Shown one piece after another: positions 9,859 to 19,558 of a stretch of DNA of 64,000 bases; within the stretch, counting starts at the first letter, position 1, and each line of letters begins with the position of its first letter. The notes below the pieces were generated by a model. That model searched no databases. It saw only the letters and a list, made by a program, of their open reading frames with translations, and had not been told where the DNA came from. Source of the stretch: an uncultured Aquiluna sp. (GTDB lineage: Bacteria > Actinomycetota > Actinomycetes > Actinomycetales > Microbacteriaceae); NCBI GenBank assembly GCA_964480885.1, contig CAYZRV010000002.1:55020-119019 (forward strand). Reading direction: 5' to 3'. The position numbers were made by a program, and so were the translations under genes.

Positions 9859-10233
9859 TTACCAGAAGACAGCCAAAACGACATTAGTTAGTGTCAAGGC
9901 GCCAATCACTCCGAAGATTGGTTTTGACACTGATGACTTCTTGCGATTGAGCATCACGAGCAGGAGGATGACTAGCGCAACTAATGACTTGACACCTATC
10001 TTCATGTGATCAATCTCAAAGTTAGCGCCCATTGCGATTCGCCATTCCGCGAGTCCAACCAGAAGAAGGCCAGTTACAAAGGCTGTCCAGGCTCCATGGA
10101 CCATCGCGGAAACAATCTTTGCCGCCCCCTGTCCCATTGCTTTGATTTGTGTCATGAACCCACCAAGCAGTGAAGCAAGTCCTACGAAGTGAAGAACAAT
10201 GAGTGAGTTACGCGCGATATCTACTAAGTCCAT
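9859..10233 (-). CDS. Small integral membrane protein, unknown function
   Basis: 124-aa ORF with about 4 hydrophobic helices and a GGAGGA-type SD upstream of the ATG. I recognise no family. Confidence 0.5.
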   Translation of the reverse strand: MDLVDIARNSLIVLHFVGLASLLGGFMTQIKAMGQGAAKIVSAMVHGAWTAFVTGLLLVGLAEWRIAMGANFEIDHMKIGVKSLVALVILLLVMLNRKKSSVSKPIFGVIGALTLTNVVLAVFW

Positions 10234-10267
10234 AAATTCCTCCAGGCCTAAAGCCTAAGTCAGGGAC

Positions 10268-10729
10268 TTAGTTTCCTAAGGAAGCCATGGTCAATGCTGC
10301 CTGAACAGCCTCAGCACCTTTATCTTCCTTTGAGCCAGCAAGACCCGCTCGGACTAAAGCCTCAGCCTCGCTATTGACAGTTAGTAAGCCAAATCCGATC
10401 GGAACCTTGTGATCAAGTTGAACTTTGACAAGTCCGGAGGTGGCAGCATCACAGACATAGTCAAAGTGAGGAGTCTCGCCTCGAATAACAACGCCCAGTG
10501 CGATGACGACGTCTGCACCTTCTTCGATCGCTAGCGCAGCACCCAGTGGCAGTTCAAAAGCACCCGGCACCCTCCACAGATTTATGTCGGTAGCGCCAGC
10601 TGCCCTAAGTTCTTTTTCTGCTCCCGCAATGAGGCCATCCATGATCTGGGTGTGCCAAGAAGAAGCAACTATAAAGATTCTTAGTCCTGAACCATTTACC
10701 TTGAGTTCAGGAGCACCTTTTCCGCTCAC
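10268..10729 (-). CDS. ribH: 6,7-dimethyl-8-ribityllumazine synthase
   Basis: 153 aa with typical lumazine synthase sequence (FIVASSWHTQI, VPGAFELP, HFDYV). It is the last gene of the rib operon. Confidence 0.95.
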   Translation of the reverse strand: MSGKGAPELKVNGSGLRIFIVASSWHTQIMDGLIAGAEKELRAAGATDINLWRVPGAFELPLGAALAIEEGADVVIALGVVIRGETPHFDYVCDAATSGLVKVQLDHKVPIGFGLLTVNSEAEALVRAGLAGSKEDKGAEAVQAALTMASLGN

Positions 10730-11967
10730 TACTTCAGATTAGCTGGAATGGTGTGGCCCATGCGAGCGCGCTTGGCCTCAAGGTAACCCTTGTTCTGCTC
10801 CGCCAAGCCCACGATCAGAGGAACCGTCTCAACGACCTGAATTCCAGCATCGTCCAAGAAGCGTCGCTTGGCTGGGTTATTGGTCAAAAGGCGAACACTC
10901 TCGATTCCGAGATCGCGCAAAATCGCAACAGCAGCACCGTACTCACGGGCCTCACTTGGAAGACCCAGGGCCAAATTGGCATCAACGGTGTCAAGACCCT
11001 GCTCCTGAAGGGAGTAGGCCTTCAGCTTGTTCAACAGTCCGATTCCACGGCCTTCTTGGCCACGAAGGTAAATCACCACTCCACCCTCAGGGTTGTTGGC
11101 GATTGCCTCCAGAGCAGCATCCAGCTGCGGGCCGCATTCACACTTTAGAGAGCCAAAGGCTTCGCCAGTGATGCACTCCGAGTGCATTCTGATTAGGGCG
11201 TTTTTCGGTCCTGGGTTACCGGCGATAATGGCCACATGGTCAGCCGTTGTCTGAACGTCGTAGTAGCCGCGAACCTTGAATTCCCCGTGGGTGGTAGGAA
11301 GCTTGGCCTCAGCCTCAAATCGGATGCGATTTTGGCTGTATTTCCGCTCAGGGGAGCGCTTCTCCAGGTGGTCCCGAAGGTGGGAAATTGTACTCATAGG
11401 TAGTTCAAACCTCTGAGCCAGGGCAAATAATTCCCCAGATTGCATCATTGTTCCATCATCGTTCACCAGCTCAGCCATCAGGCCAACCGGCTCTAAACCA
11501 GCCAATTCCAGCAAATCAACGGCTGCTTCGGTATGTCCAGGCCTTTCCAAGACGCCTCCGGCCTTGGCCCTGAGCGGAATTACGTGACCTGGGCGGATCA
11601 GTGCCTGGGGCTGGGCATGGGGATCGGCAAGGACCCTAGCGGTATTTGCTCTCTCTGCGGCTGAAATGCCCGTTGAGGTCCTGTTGGCGGCATCCACGCT
11701 GACGGTGTAGGCGGTGTGGTGTGGATCTTGATTATTTACCCACATCAGAGGTAGGTCCAGCTGGTTGGCTCTTTGATCCGTCATTGGTGCGCAGAGAAAA
11801 CCCGAGGTATGTCTGACCATCCAGGCAACCCACTCGCTGGTTGCGAACTGAGCAGCGATGATGGCATCACCTTCATTTTCGCGATTCTCATCGTCAGTGA
11901 TGATCACTGGCTTACCCTCGCGAAGAGCTCTAATGACGTCTTCTATGCTGCTGTATTCGATGTTCAC
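10729..11967 (-). CDS. ribBA: Bifunctional 3,4-dihydroxy-2-butanone-4-phosphate synthase / GTP cyclohydrolase II
   Basis: 412 aa. The N-terminal DHBP synthase part reads DDENRENEGD and the C-terminal GCH II part has cysteines HSECITGEAFGSLKCECG. Confidence 0.95.
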   Translation of the reverse strand: MNIEYSSIEDVIRALREGKPVIITDDENRENEGDAIIAAQFATSEWVAWMVRHTSGFLCAPMTDQRANQLDLPLMWVNNQDPHHTAYTVSVDAANRTSTGISAAERANTARVLADPHAQPQALIRPGHVIPLRAKAGGVLERPGHTEAAVDLLELAGLEPVGLMAELVNDDGTMMQSGELFALAQRFELPMSTISHLRDHLEKRSPERKYSQNRIRFEAEAKLPTTHGEFKVRGYYDVQTTADHVAIIAGNPGPKNALIRMHSECITGEAFGSLKCECGPQLDAALEAIANNPEGGVVIYLRGQEGRGIGLLNKLKAYSLQEQGLDTVDANLALGLPSEAREYGAAVAILRDLGIESVRLLTNNPAKRRFLDDAGIQVVETVPLIVGLAEQNKGYLEAKRARMGHTIPANLK

Positions 11968-12554
11968 TTGCTTTCCATTAGCCTTTCGATGTGCTTAGCC
12001 ATCACATCAGCTTCCACATTCACTTTGTCTCCAGGATTTTTATATCCGAGCGTTGTAACCCTTAGAGTTTCTGGAATCAGTGAGACCGCAATCACATCTC
12101 CGTCAATGTCATTCACTGTCAGAGAAATACCGTCAAGAGTAATAGAGCCTTTGTGGACAACGTATTTCATCAATTCTTTTGGCAGACGAATCTTCACCCA
12201 GTCCCAGTTGTCGCTTTTTTCTCGAGAAACTATTTCACCAACGCCATCGACATGTCCCTGAACGACGTGACCACCAAACCTTGTAGCTGCAGTCATCGCC
12301 CTTTCAAGATTGATGGGATCTCCTACTTTTACTCCATCCAGAGAGGATCTGCGAATGGTCTCCATCATGACATCGGCTGTGAAGCTCTTGTCATCAATTT
12401 CGATTGCGGTTAGGCAGGTTCCTGAGCAAGAAATAGAGTCTCCTCGCTTTAGATCACTCAGAACCTCACCGCAGGAGATGGTCAACCTGATGGCATCGGG
12501 TTGTTTTTCAATCGCGGCCACTTTTCCAAGTTCCTCAATAATTCCAGTGAACAT
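11964..12554 (-). CDS. ribE: Riboflavin synthase alpha chain
   Basis: 196 aa starting MFTGIIEELG, with the duplicated lumazine-binding repeat. Confidence 0.9.
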   Translation of the reverse strand: MFTGIIEELGKVAAIEKQPDAIRLTISCGEVLSDLKRGDSISCSGTCLTAIEIDDKSFTADVMMETIRRSSLDGVKVGDPINLERAMTAATRFGGHVVQGHVDGVGEIVSREKSDNWDWVKIRLPKELMKYVVHKGSITLDGISLTVNDIDGDVIAVSLIPETLRVTTLGYKNPGDKVNVEADVMAKHIERLMESK

Positions 12555-13577
12555 TTATCTCCTTGCTCTGATGAAAATGTCAGAACCGAGCATCTTTTGC
12601 TCGGTAATTCTTAGGTTTATGGCATCTGAGATACCAGGGACACCGATGTCTCCCAGGGCTAATTTCGGCCCGCCAATCAGGATTGGTGCCAGATAGATGA
12701 TGAATTCATCAACCAGGTTGCTACGGATAAATTGGCCAGCGACACTTGCTCCTCCTTCAACCAAGAGATGTTTGTGACCAAGTGAGGAGAGCTCGCGGAG
12801 AACACCTTCAGCATTTCGAGTTCGAATCTGAATGGTTCTTGCTTTCTCGTTGAAAATCCTTCCGCCGTGTGGAATTTCACGCTCACCCATGATTACGCGC
12901 AGCGGTTGGTTATCGAAGTAGCTGCCGTCTTCTTTTCTTGCGGTCAGTTCCGGGTCATCAGCTATTGCCGTTCCAGTGCCAACCAAGATCGCATCGACTT
13001 CACTGCGAATTCTGTGCGCATGAGCTCGAGACTCAACGCCGGATATCCACTTGCTGCTGCCATCCTGAGCGGCAATTCGACCATCAAGACTGCTCGCCCA
13101 CTTCAAGGTTACGAATGGACGCCCAAGTTGCTTGGATGTGAGCCAAACTCGGGCCTGCTCTCTAGCTTTGTCTCGAAGAACACCTTCAATAACTTCGACC
13201 CCATGATCTCTTAGCCGCTGTGACCCACCAGCCGACTCTTCCCCAGGATCCTTGATTGGATATACAACTCTGCTGATTCCTGCATCAATCAAAGCCTGAG
13301 CACAAGGTCCAGTTTTACCAAAGTGATTGCAAGGCTCGAGGGTAACCACTGCGGTGTAACCAGGAGGAAATGGGTATGAGACTTTTGACCTCAAGTCATC
13401 AATAGCGACAACCTCAGCGTGGGGAGTGCCTGAGCCTCGATGAAAACCCTCGGCAACAATCTGTCCCGAAGGATCAAGAATGACAGCCCCGACTTGCGGA
13501 TTGACTCCGTGGGCAGGTCCGTGAAGGGCAAGCTCGAGTGCGCGTTGCATTGCGCTCTCTAGGTGACCTAATTGCAT
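12555..13577 (-). CDS. ribD: Bifunctional riboflavin biosynthesis deaminase/reductase RibD
   Basis: Deaminase zinc motif HAEV...PCNHFGKTGPC plus a C-terminal reductase domain. I prefer the internal start MQLGHLES at 13577. The ORF-track start at 13640 would run into the riboswitch 3' end. Confidence 0.9.
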   Translation of the reverse strand: MQLGHLESAMQRALELALHGPAHGVNPQVGAVILDPSGQIVAEGFHRGSGTPHAEVVAIDDLRSKVSYPFPPGYTAVVTLEPCNHFGKTGPCAQALIDAGISRVVYPIKDPGEESAGGSQRLRDHGVEVIEGVLRDKAREQARVWLTSKQLGRPFVTLKWASSLDGRIAAQDGSSKWISGVESRAHAHRIRSEVDAILVGTGTAIADDPELTARKEDGSYFDNQPLRVIMGEREIPHGGRIFNEKARTIQIRTRNAEGVLRELSSLGHKHLLVEGGASVAGQFIRSNLVDEFIIYLAPILIGGPKLALGDIGVPGISDAINLRITEQKMLGSDIFIRARR

Positions 13578-13644
13578 CTTGCCCTCATCCTTTGCGGCAC
13601 AGACCCCGCGGGCAAGCAGAAAACAGGGACGCCAAAGCATCCCT

Positions 13645-13790
13645 AGGTTCTTCTCCCATCCGGACTATTACCGTCGGTTTCGGAATTTCACCGAATCAAC
13701 CGCCTAGAGCTGCGCAGCTGGGGGCTGCGTTTCCAGTCGGGTCGCGGACTTTAACCGCCGGTTCAGATTTTCACTGACCCCGAAGAACTG
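13645..13790 (-). promoter_or_regulatory. FMN riboswitch (RFN element) leader of the ribD-ribE-ribBA-ribH operon
   Basis: The minus strand reads CTTCGGGGTCAGTGAAAATCTGAACCGGCGGTTAAAGTCCGCGACC...GGTTGATTCGGTGAAATTCCGAAACCGACGGTAATAGTCCGGATGGGAGAAGAA. This matches the conserved RFN core segments, directly upstream of ribD. Confidence 0.9.
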
Positions 13791-13831
13791 TGCAGAAGTA
13801 ACAATACTCTTCGGGGGTAATAAATTCCGCC

Positions 13832-14839
13832 CTAGGGTTTTGGTGGGATGAATCCAACTCTTTCGTGGACTTTGGCAAGGGTTTGCTCAGCCAACTGATT
13901 AGCCTTTTCTGCCCCCTGGGCCAGGAGTCGATCCAGTTCAGCCTTATCAGACAATAGCTCTTGGGCCTTCAGGCGAATGGGCTCTAGGGAAGTAGCAACA
14001 ACTTCGGCCAAGTCTGATTTCAATGCCCCGTAGCCACTTCCTGAGTACTTGTTCTCGAGGTGTTTGATGCTCTCACCAGTAATTGCAGAATAGATGCCCA
14101 GCAGATTTGAAATCCCTGGCTTGTTTTCTCTGTCAAATCTAATTTCACCATCGGTATCTGTGACAGCACCCTTAATTTTCTTGGTGATGGAGGTGGCATC
14201 ATCTAGCAGATTTAGAGTCCCCTTTGGATCTTCGGCTGACTTTGACATTTTCGCAGTCGGTTCCTGAAGATCATAAATCTTCGCTGTCTCTTTGAGAATG
14301 TGAGCCTCGGGAACGACGAAGGTTTCACCAAATCGAGAATTGAATCTCATTGCCAAATCTCTGGTCAGCTCCAAGTGCTGTCTCTGGTCCTCGCCAACAG
14401 GAACACTCTTTGGTTGATACAGAAGAATGTCTGCTGCTTGCAGAATTGGATAGGTGAACAATCCAACTGAGCTGCTATCAGCTCCACCTTTTTGACTCTT
14501 GTCCTTAAACTGAGTCATTCGTGATGCCTCACCAAAACCAGTGATGCAATTGAGAACCCAGGCGAGCTGAGCATGCGCTGGAACATGTGATTGAACAAAA
14601 AGTGCTGACTTGGCAGGGTCTAAGCCGGCAGCAAGATACTGTGCTGCAGTTCTGCGTGTGTTCTCAGCAAGCTCTTTCGGGTCTTGGGGAACCGTTATCG
14701 CGTGTAGATCCACGATGACATAGAAGGCCTGATACTCATCCTGCATCGCAACCCACTGCTTCAGTGCGCCCAGGTAGTTGCCGAGGTGGAGACTTGCGGC
14801 CGATGGTTGCATGCCGCTTAGCAGATTTGGTTTTGCCAC
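13832..14839 (-). CDS. trpS: Tryptophan--tRNA ligase
   Basis: 335 aa with the class I aaRS HIGH-type motif (HLGNYLGA) and KMSKS. Confidence 0.95.
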   Translation of the reverse strand: MAKPNLLSGMQPSAASLHLGNYLGALKQWVAMQDEYQAFYVIVDLHAITVPQDPKELAENTRRTAAQYLAAGLDPAKSALFVQSHVPAHAQLAWVLNCITGFGEASRMTQFKDKSQKGGADSSSVGLFTYPILQAADILLYQPKSVPVGEDQRQHLELTRDLAMRFNSRFGETFVVPEAHILKETAKIYDLQEPTAKMSKSAEDPKGTLNLLDDATSITKKIKGAVTDTDGEIRFDRENKPGISNLLGIYSAITGESIKHLENKYSGSGYGALKSDLAEVVATSLEPIRLKAQELLSDKAELDRLLAQGAEKANQLAEQTLAKVHERVGFIPPKP

Positions 14840-15654
14840 TACTTCACCTCGAGTTTGTAATCAACTAAAACAGGCGAGTGGTCTGTCCAACGCTCGTCAT
14901 AGCTCTTTGCACGATCAATTCGATAATTCTGCCCGAGGTTGGCAAGCTTTGGGGAGGCTAGCTGGTAGTCGATTCGCCAACCCGCGTCATTATCGAAAGC
15001 TTTGCCCCGAAACGACCACCAGGTGTAGGGGCCTGGTTTTCCGGGATGCTCCCTGCGGCCGATATCAACCCAGCCTTGGCGAGCAAACTCGTCGAAATAT
15101 GCCCTCTCTTCAGGGAGGAAGCCGGCAGACTTCAGATTCCCTTTCCAATTCTTGATATCTAATTCAGTGTGGCCAACATTTAGATCACCAACGACTAGCG
15201 CGTAGTCGGTGGATTGAATTAGCTTGGCCATTCTCTTCTTCATGGCATCAAGAAATTTATACTTCTCAACCTGCTTTGGGGTTTCAGCTTCGCCTGAGTG
15301 AACGTAGCAGGAGACGACGGTCAGCTTTCCTTTTTTTGTTTCAAAGTCTGCCTCGAGCCACCTGCCAGCCGAGTCGAATTCCTTGGGACCTATGTCACAG
15401 CGAAAAGTTTTGATGGGAAATCTGCTCAGAACTGCAACACCTGCTCGACCCTTTGCGGAAGCTTCCTGCTCTGCGATAAACCATCCACCACCCAGTGGAC
15501 CATCATCACTTGCAATCTTTTCTAGCTCACCAACTGGAGCCCTTATCTCCTGCAGGCAGAGAATATCCGGTTTCGCCTTCTTTACCCAATCGGCCATTCC
15601 ATTGCGGGCGGCGGCACGAATTCCATTGACATTTACAGTTGCAATTTTCAGCAC
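14839..15654 (-). CDS. xthA: Exodeoxyribonuclease III (AP endonuclease)
   Basis: 271 aa with an EEP-fold ExoIII signature: [15 protein letters not shown]...DILCLQE...SDHSPV. Confidence 0.9.
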   Translation of the reverse strand: MLKIATVNVNGIRAAARNGMADWVKKAKPDILCLQEIRAPVGELEKIASDDGPLGGGWFIAEQEASAKGRAGVAVLSRFPIKTFRCDIGPKEFDSAGRWLEADFETKKGKLTVVSCYVHSGEAETPKQVEKYKFLDAMKKRMAKLIQSTDYALVVGDLNVGHTELDIKNWKGNLKSAGFLPEERAYFDEFARQGWVDIGRREHPGKPGPYTWWSFRGKAFDNDAGWRIDYQLASPKLANLGQNYRIDRAKSYDERWTDHSPVLVDYKLEVK

Positions 15655-15663
15655 TCTATAAAC

Positions 15664-16116
15664 CTAGAAGGTAAACAGGGCCCAGAGTTCCTTGCCACGG
15701 ACTTCAAGATCTATTTTTTTCAAAGCACTGGGAGCAGGACCCTCCTCAGGCTCACCCGATTCGGCATTGAAACGTGCTCCGTGACAAGCGCAAGCGATCT
15801 GACCTTCTTGAACCCCGCTGACAATGCAGCCGGCATGGGTGCAGGTCGCCGAAAAAGCTCGAAACTTTGCTTCGGATGGATGAGTGACCAAGATAGTTAG
15901 TTGCTCATTGACCTTAACTTTTGTGCCAGTGCCCACTGGTATGTCATCGATGTTTCCAACCAGGACTTCACCACCTTCAATGATTTCCATGTCATCAACG
16001 CTTGCTGATGGCGGTGTGGTTTCAGCGACAGGGGCATCTGCGGCGCAAGCGGCCAGCGCAAATGCAGATGTGGTTGCGAGTGTGCCAGTGAGAACTACTC
16101 TTCGATCAATACTCAT
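15664..16116 (-). CDS. Exported Rieske [2Fe-2S] domain lipoprotein
   Basis: The N-terminus DRRVVLTG...FALAAC combines a Tat-like twin arginine with a lipobox. Rieske ligand boxes are CTHAGC and CACHGARF. Confidence 0.8.
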   Translation of the reverse strand: MSIDRRVVLTGTLATTSAFALAACAADAPVAETTPPSASVDDMEIIEGGEVLVGNIDDIPVGTGTKVKVNEQLTILVTHPSEAKFRAFSATCTHAGCIVSGVQEGQIACACHGARFNAESGEPEEGPAPSALKKIDLEVRGKELWALFTF

Positions 16117-16139
16117 GCGGAGCTAAACAGCAAAGCTGC

Positions 16140-16874
16140 CTATGCTCTTCCCCTCAAAATCGCTTGCTTCACCTCGGCAATAGCCTTGGTCACCTCGATG
16201 CCCCTGGGGCAAGCCTCGGTGCAGTTGAAGGTGGTGCGGCAGCGCCAGACACCCTCCTTATCGTTGAGAATCTCAAGGCGAACCTCAGCGCCCTCGTCGC
16301 GTGAATCGAAGATGAATCGATGAGCGTTCACAATGGCAGCCGGACCAAAGTACTGGCCGTCAGTCCAGAAGACTGGGCAAGAGGTTGTGCAGGCAGCACA
16401 CAAAATGCACTTAGTTGTGTCGTCGTAGCGCTCGCGATCTTCGGGAGACTGCAGTCTCTCTCGCTTTGGCTTATCGCTAGCCATCAGGAAGGGGTTTATG
16501 TCTCTATAGGCCTGATAGAACGGATTCATATCGACAATCAGATCCTTTTCAACCGGCAGACCCTTGATTGGTTCTATATAAATCGGCTGGGAAAGGTCGA
16601 GGTCTTTGATCAGAGTTTTGCAGGCGAGACGGTTGCGACCATTAATTCTCATTGCATCGGAACCGCAAACACCGTGAGCACAGGATCTGCGGAAGGTTAG
16701 TGACCCGTCAATTTCCCACTTAACTTTGTGCAGAGCATCCAGCACACGGTCGGTGCCGTACATATCGATGTCGTAGTCGACCCACTTTGGTTCTGAATCT
16801 ACTTCTGGATCAAAGCGACGAATCATTAGCGTCACCTTGAGTGATGCGACCTCTGCAATTGCCTTGTTTGCCAT
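16140..16874 (-). CDS. sdhB: Succinate dehydrogenase iron-sulfur subunit
   Basis: Cys clusters for 2Fe-2S, 4Fe-4S and 3Fe-4S centres (CAHGVCGSD, CILCAACTTSCP, CTEACP). I prefer the start MANKAIAE at 16874, which overlaps the sdhA stop (TAATG), over the ORF-track start at 16925. Confidence 0.95.
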   Translation of the reverse strand: MANKAIAEVASLKVTLMIRRFDPEVDSEPKWVDYDIDMYGTDRVLDALHKVKWEIDGSLTFRRSCAHGVCGSDAMRINGRNRLACKTLIKDLDLSQPIYIEPIKGLPVEKDLIVDMNPFYQAYRDINPFLMASDKPKRERLQSPEDRERYDDTTKCILCAACTTSCPVFWTDGQYFGPAAIVNAHRFIFDSRDEGAEVRLEILNDKEGVWRCRTTFNCTEACPRGIEVTKAIAEVKQAILRGRA

Positions 16875-18637
16875 TAGTACTTGCGCTCCATCGGCTGGTA
16901 GTTGGTAATTACCACGGGCTTCCAATCAATCTTGATTGGTGTGCCAGTCTTGCGATCAGTTTTCTTCTGCAGGTATGCCATGGAGTGAACCATAAATTTC
17001 TTGTCATTGCGCTCAGGGTAATCCTCACGCAGGTGAGCACCGCGACTCTCTCTTCTCTCACGGCAGGCAACAACAGTGACTTCTGCCAGGTCTAGTAGGA
17101 ATCCAAGTTCAACTGCCTCGAGCAGATCTGTGTTGAATCTCTTGCCCTGGTCCTGAATCGAGATGTTCTCGTACCTTGCACGAAGCTCATTGATCTTGTC
17201 GAGTGCCTCGTTTAGCGACTCTTCAGTTCTGAAAACCTGGGCATTTTTGTCCATGGTCTCCTGAAGCTCCTTGCGAAGCTGGGCAACTTTTTCCTTGCCA
17301 TTTGCAGAGCGAACTTTGGCAAGCATGTCAATCACATCCTGAGCAGCATTCTCTGGCATCGGAACCTGCTTTGCCTTGGTCGCGAATTCGACCGCGTATC
17401 TTCCAGCTCTCTTACCAAAAACATTTATGTCGAGAAGTGAATTGGTTCCCAGACGATTAGCTCCGTGGACAGAGACACAGGCGCACTCACCAGCTGCATA
17501 GAGACCAGGAATAACGGTGTCGTTATCGCTCAGCACCTCGGCCCTGATGTTGGTTGGAATACCACCCATTGCGTAGTGGGCAGTTGGAAACACTGGAACC
17601 GGTTCGGTGTAAGGCTCAACACCGAGGTAGGTGCGAGCAAACTCTGTGATATCTGGGAGCTTCGCATCAATCACCGCTGGCTCAAGGTGAGTTAGGTCCA
17701 GCAGAACATAGTCCTTGTTCGGACCCGCACCCCTTCCCTCACGAACCTCGTTGGCCATGGCTCGGGCAACCATGTCGCGCGGAGCAAGATCCTTAATGGT
17801 TGGTGCATAGCGCTCCATGAATCGCTCACCAGAAGCGTTGCGAAGGATGCCACCTTCGCCTCTGGCAGCTTCGCTGAGCAAAATTCCAAGACCAGCAAGA
17901 CCGGTTGGGTGGAACTGGTAAAACTCCATGTCCTCAAGTGGAATGCCGCGACGATATGCAATGGCAACGCCATCACCCGTCAAGGTGTGGGCATTGGAGG
18001 TTGTCTTATAGATTTTTCCAAAACCACCGGTGGCAAAGACGATTGACTTACCAGCAAAGACGTGTATGTCTCCGCTTGCTAACTCATAGGCAACCACTCC
18101 AGCTGGCTTCCCATCATTCATCACTAGATCTAAAACGTAGAACTCGTTGTAGAACTCAATTCCCAGCTTGACGCAGGTTTGGTAGAGGGTCTGAAGAATC
18201 ATGTGACCGGTTCGGTCGGCTGCGTAGCAGCTCCTTCTCACAGGTGCTTTTCCGTGGTCACGGGTGTGGCCACCAAATCTTCTCTGGTCGATCTTTCCAT
18301 CAGGAGTCCTGTTGAATGGCAGACCCATGTTCTCTAGGTCAATCACCGCATCGACTGACTCCTTAGCCAATATCTCTGCCGCATCCTGATCAACCAGGTA
18401 GTCACCACCCTTGACGGTGTCGAAGGTGTGCCACTCCCAGCTGTCTTCCTCAACGTTCGCAAGGGCTGCTGCCATGCCACCCTGTGCCGCTCCGGTATGG
18501 CTGCGGGTTGGGAAGAGCTTGGAAATCACAGCAACATTGGCCTTTGGTCCAGCTTCAATGGCAGCGCGCATTCCTGCGCCTCCGGCACCAACAATCACGA
18601 CGTCGTGAGAGTGATAGATCACTGAGTCAGAAGACAC
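16874..18637 (-). CDS. sdhA: Succinate dehydrogenase flavoprotein subunit
   Basis: 587 aa with the FAD-binding motif [14 protein letters not shown] and the covalent FAD histidine context [10 protein letters not shown]. Confidence 0.95.
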   Translation of the reverse strand: MSSDSVIYHSHDVVIVGAGGAGMRAAIEAGPKANVAVISKLFPTRSHTGAAQGGMAAALANVEEDSWEWHTFDTVKGGDYLVDQDAAEILAKESVDAVIDLENMGLPFNRTPDGKIDQRRFGGHTRDHGKAPVRRSCYAADRTGHMILQTLYQTCVKLGIEFYNEFYVLDLVMNDGKPAGVVAYELASGDIHVFAGKSIVFATGGFGKIYKTTSNAHTLTGDGVAIAYRRGIPLEDMEFYQFHPTGLAGLGILLSEAARGEGGILRNASGERFMERYAPTIKDLAPRDMVARAMANEVREGRGAGPNKDYVLLDLTHLEPAVIDAKLPDITEFARTYLGVEPYTEPVPVFPTAHYAMGGIPTNIRAEVLSDNDTVIPGLYAAGECACVSVHGANRLGTNSLLDINVFGKRAGRYAVEFATKAKQVPMPENAAQDVIDMLAKVRSANGKEKVAQLRKELQETMDKNAQVFRTEESLNEALDKINELRARYENISIQDQGKRFNTDLLEAVELGFLLDLAEVTVVACRERRESRGAHLREDYPERNDKKFMVHSMAYLQKKTDRKTGTPIKIDWKPVVITNYQPMERKY

Positions 18638-18648
18638 TTTTCTCTTTC

Positions 18649-19092
18649 CTAGTTGACTGGGCAGAACGATGGTAGAAGTTCAGCGGCAGCACCTGCTGGG
18701 CAGGGATCGAAGGTGAAAATCACAAGCGACCCCAGAAGAATCAGCAGACCGCAGACCACCCAAAGAATCATCACGAGTGACTTGCGAACTTTTTCTTTCT
18801 CCGCGTAGTCATTAACAATGGTGCGCATTCCATTTGTTCCATGAATCATCGCAAGCCAAAGCATGGCTAAGTCCCAAACCTGCCAGAAGGGATCTGCCCA
18901 CTTACCCGCAACAAATGCAAAGTCAATGGCTTTGATTCCCTCACCAACTACCAGGTTTGAAATCAGGTGAGTGAAAATCAAAACAATTAGTAGTGGACCT
19001 GAAAGTCGCATGAACAGCCAGCCATACTTTTCCCAGTTGGCCTGCTGCTTAGTTCTAGGGGAGTTGGGGGTTTCGATTACAACTGCCATCAT
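18649..19092 (-). CDS. sdhD: Succinate dehydrogenase hydrophobic membrane anchor subunit
   Basis: 147-aa membrane protein located between sdhC and sdhA. Confidence 0.75.
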   Translation of the reverse strand: MMAVVIETPNSPRTKQQANWEKYGWLFMRLSGPLLIVLIFTHLISNLVVGEGIKAIDFAFVAGKWADPFWQVWDLAMLWLAMIHGTNGMRTIVNDYAEKEKVRKSLVMILWVVCGLLILLGSLVIFTFDPCPAGAAAELLPSFCPVN

Positions 19093-19466
19093 TCACCAAA
19101 CACTCTCGATAGATGAAGTGGAGTAAAGGCAGCAACCAAACCAATGCTGATCACCAGCACGGCCCAGAACATTACTGCCTGGTATTTGGTTCCCCTCGAC
19201 CAGAAGTCAACGGCGATTACTCTCAGACCGTTTAGGCCGTGAAAGAGAATGGCGCCGACCAGACCCAACTCGGCAACTCCAATAATTGGTGTCTTGTAAG
19301 ACTCGATGACGACGTTGTAGGCCTCGGGGCTGACCCTAACAAGTGCCGTGTCCAGAATATGGACCAGAAGAAAGAAGAAGATGCCAACGCCGGTAATGCG
19401 GTGCAGAACCCACGACCACATCCCAACCCGACCTCTATATAAGGTGCCTGCTGGTCTCACGGCCAA
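19089..19466 (-). CDS. sdhC: Succinate dehydrogenase cytochrome b subunit
   Basis: 125-aa three-helix membrane protein. TTG start with GGAGGA 5 nt upstream, and the first gene of sdhCDAB. Confidence 0.75.
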   Translation of the reverse strand: MAVRPAGTLYRGRVGMWSWVLHRITGVGIFFFLLVHILDTALVRVSPEAYNVVIESYKTPIIGVAELGLVGAILFHGLNGLRVIAVDFWSRGTKYQAVMFWAVLVISIGLVAAFTPLHLSRVFGE

Positions 19467-19558
19467 TTTGTCCTCCGAGGGGGCTTCAAAAGTTTTTACT
19501 AGTGTAACTGCCCGCAGGGTAACCTTGAGTAAACGGCAATTGACAGCCAGGAAGAGCG

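Noticed and set aside
13538-13777. Plus-strand 79-aa ORF
   Set aside because: It lies antisense to the FMN riboswitch and the ribD 5' end. The region is fully explained by the RFN element.
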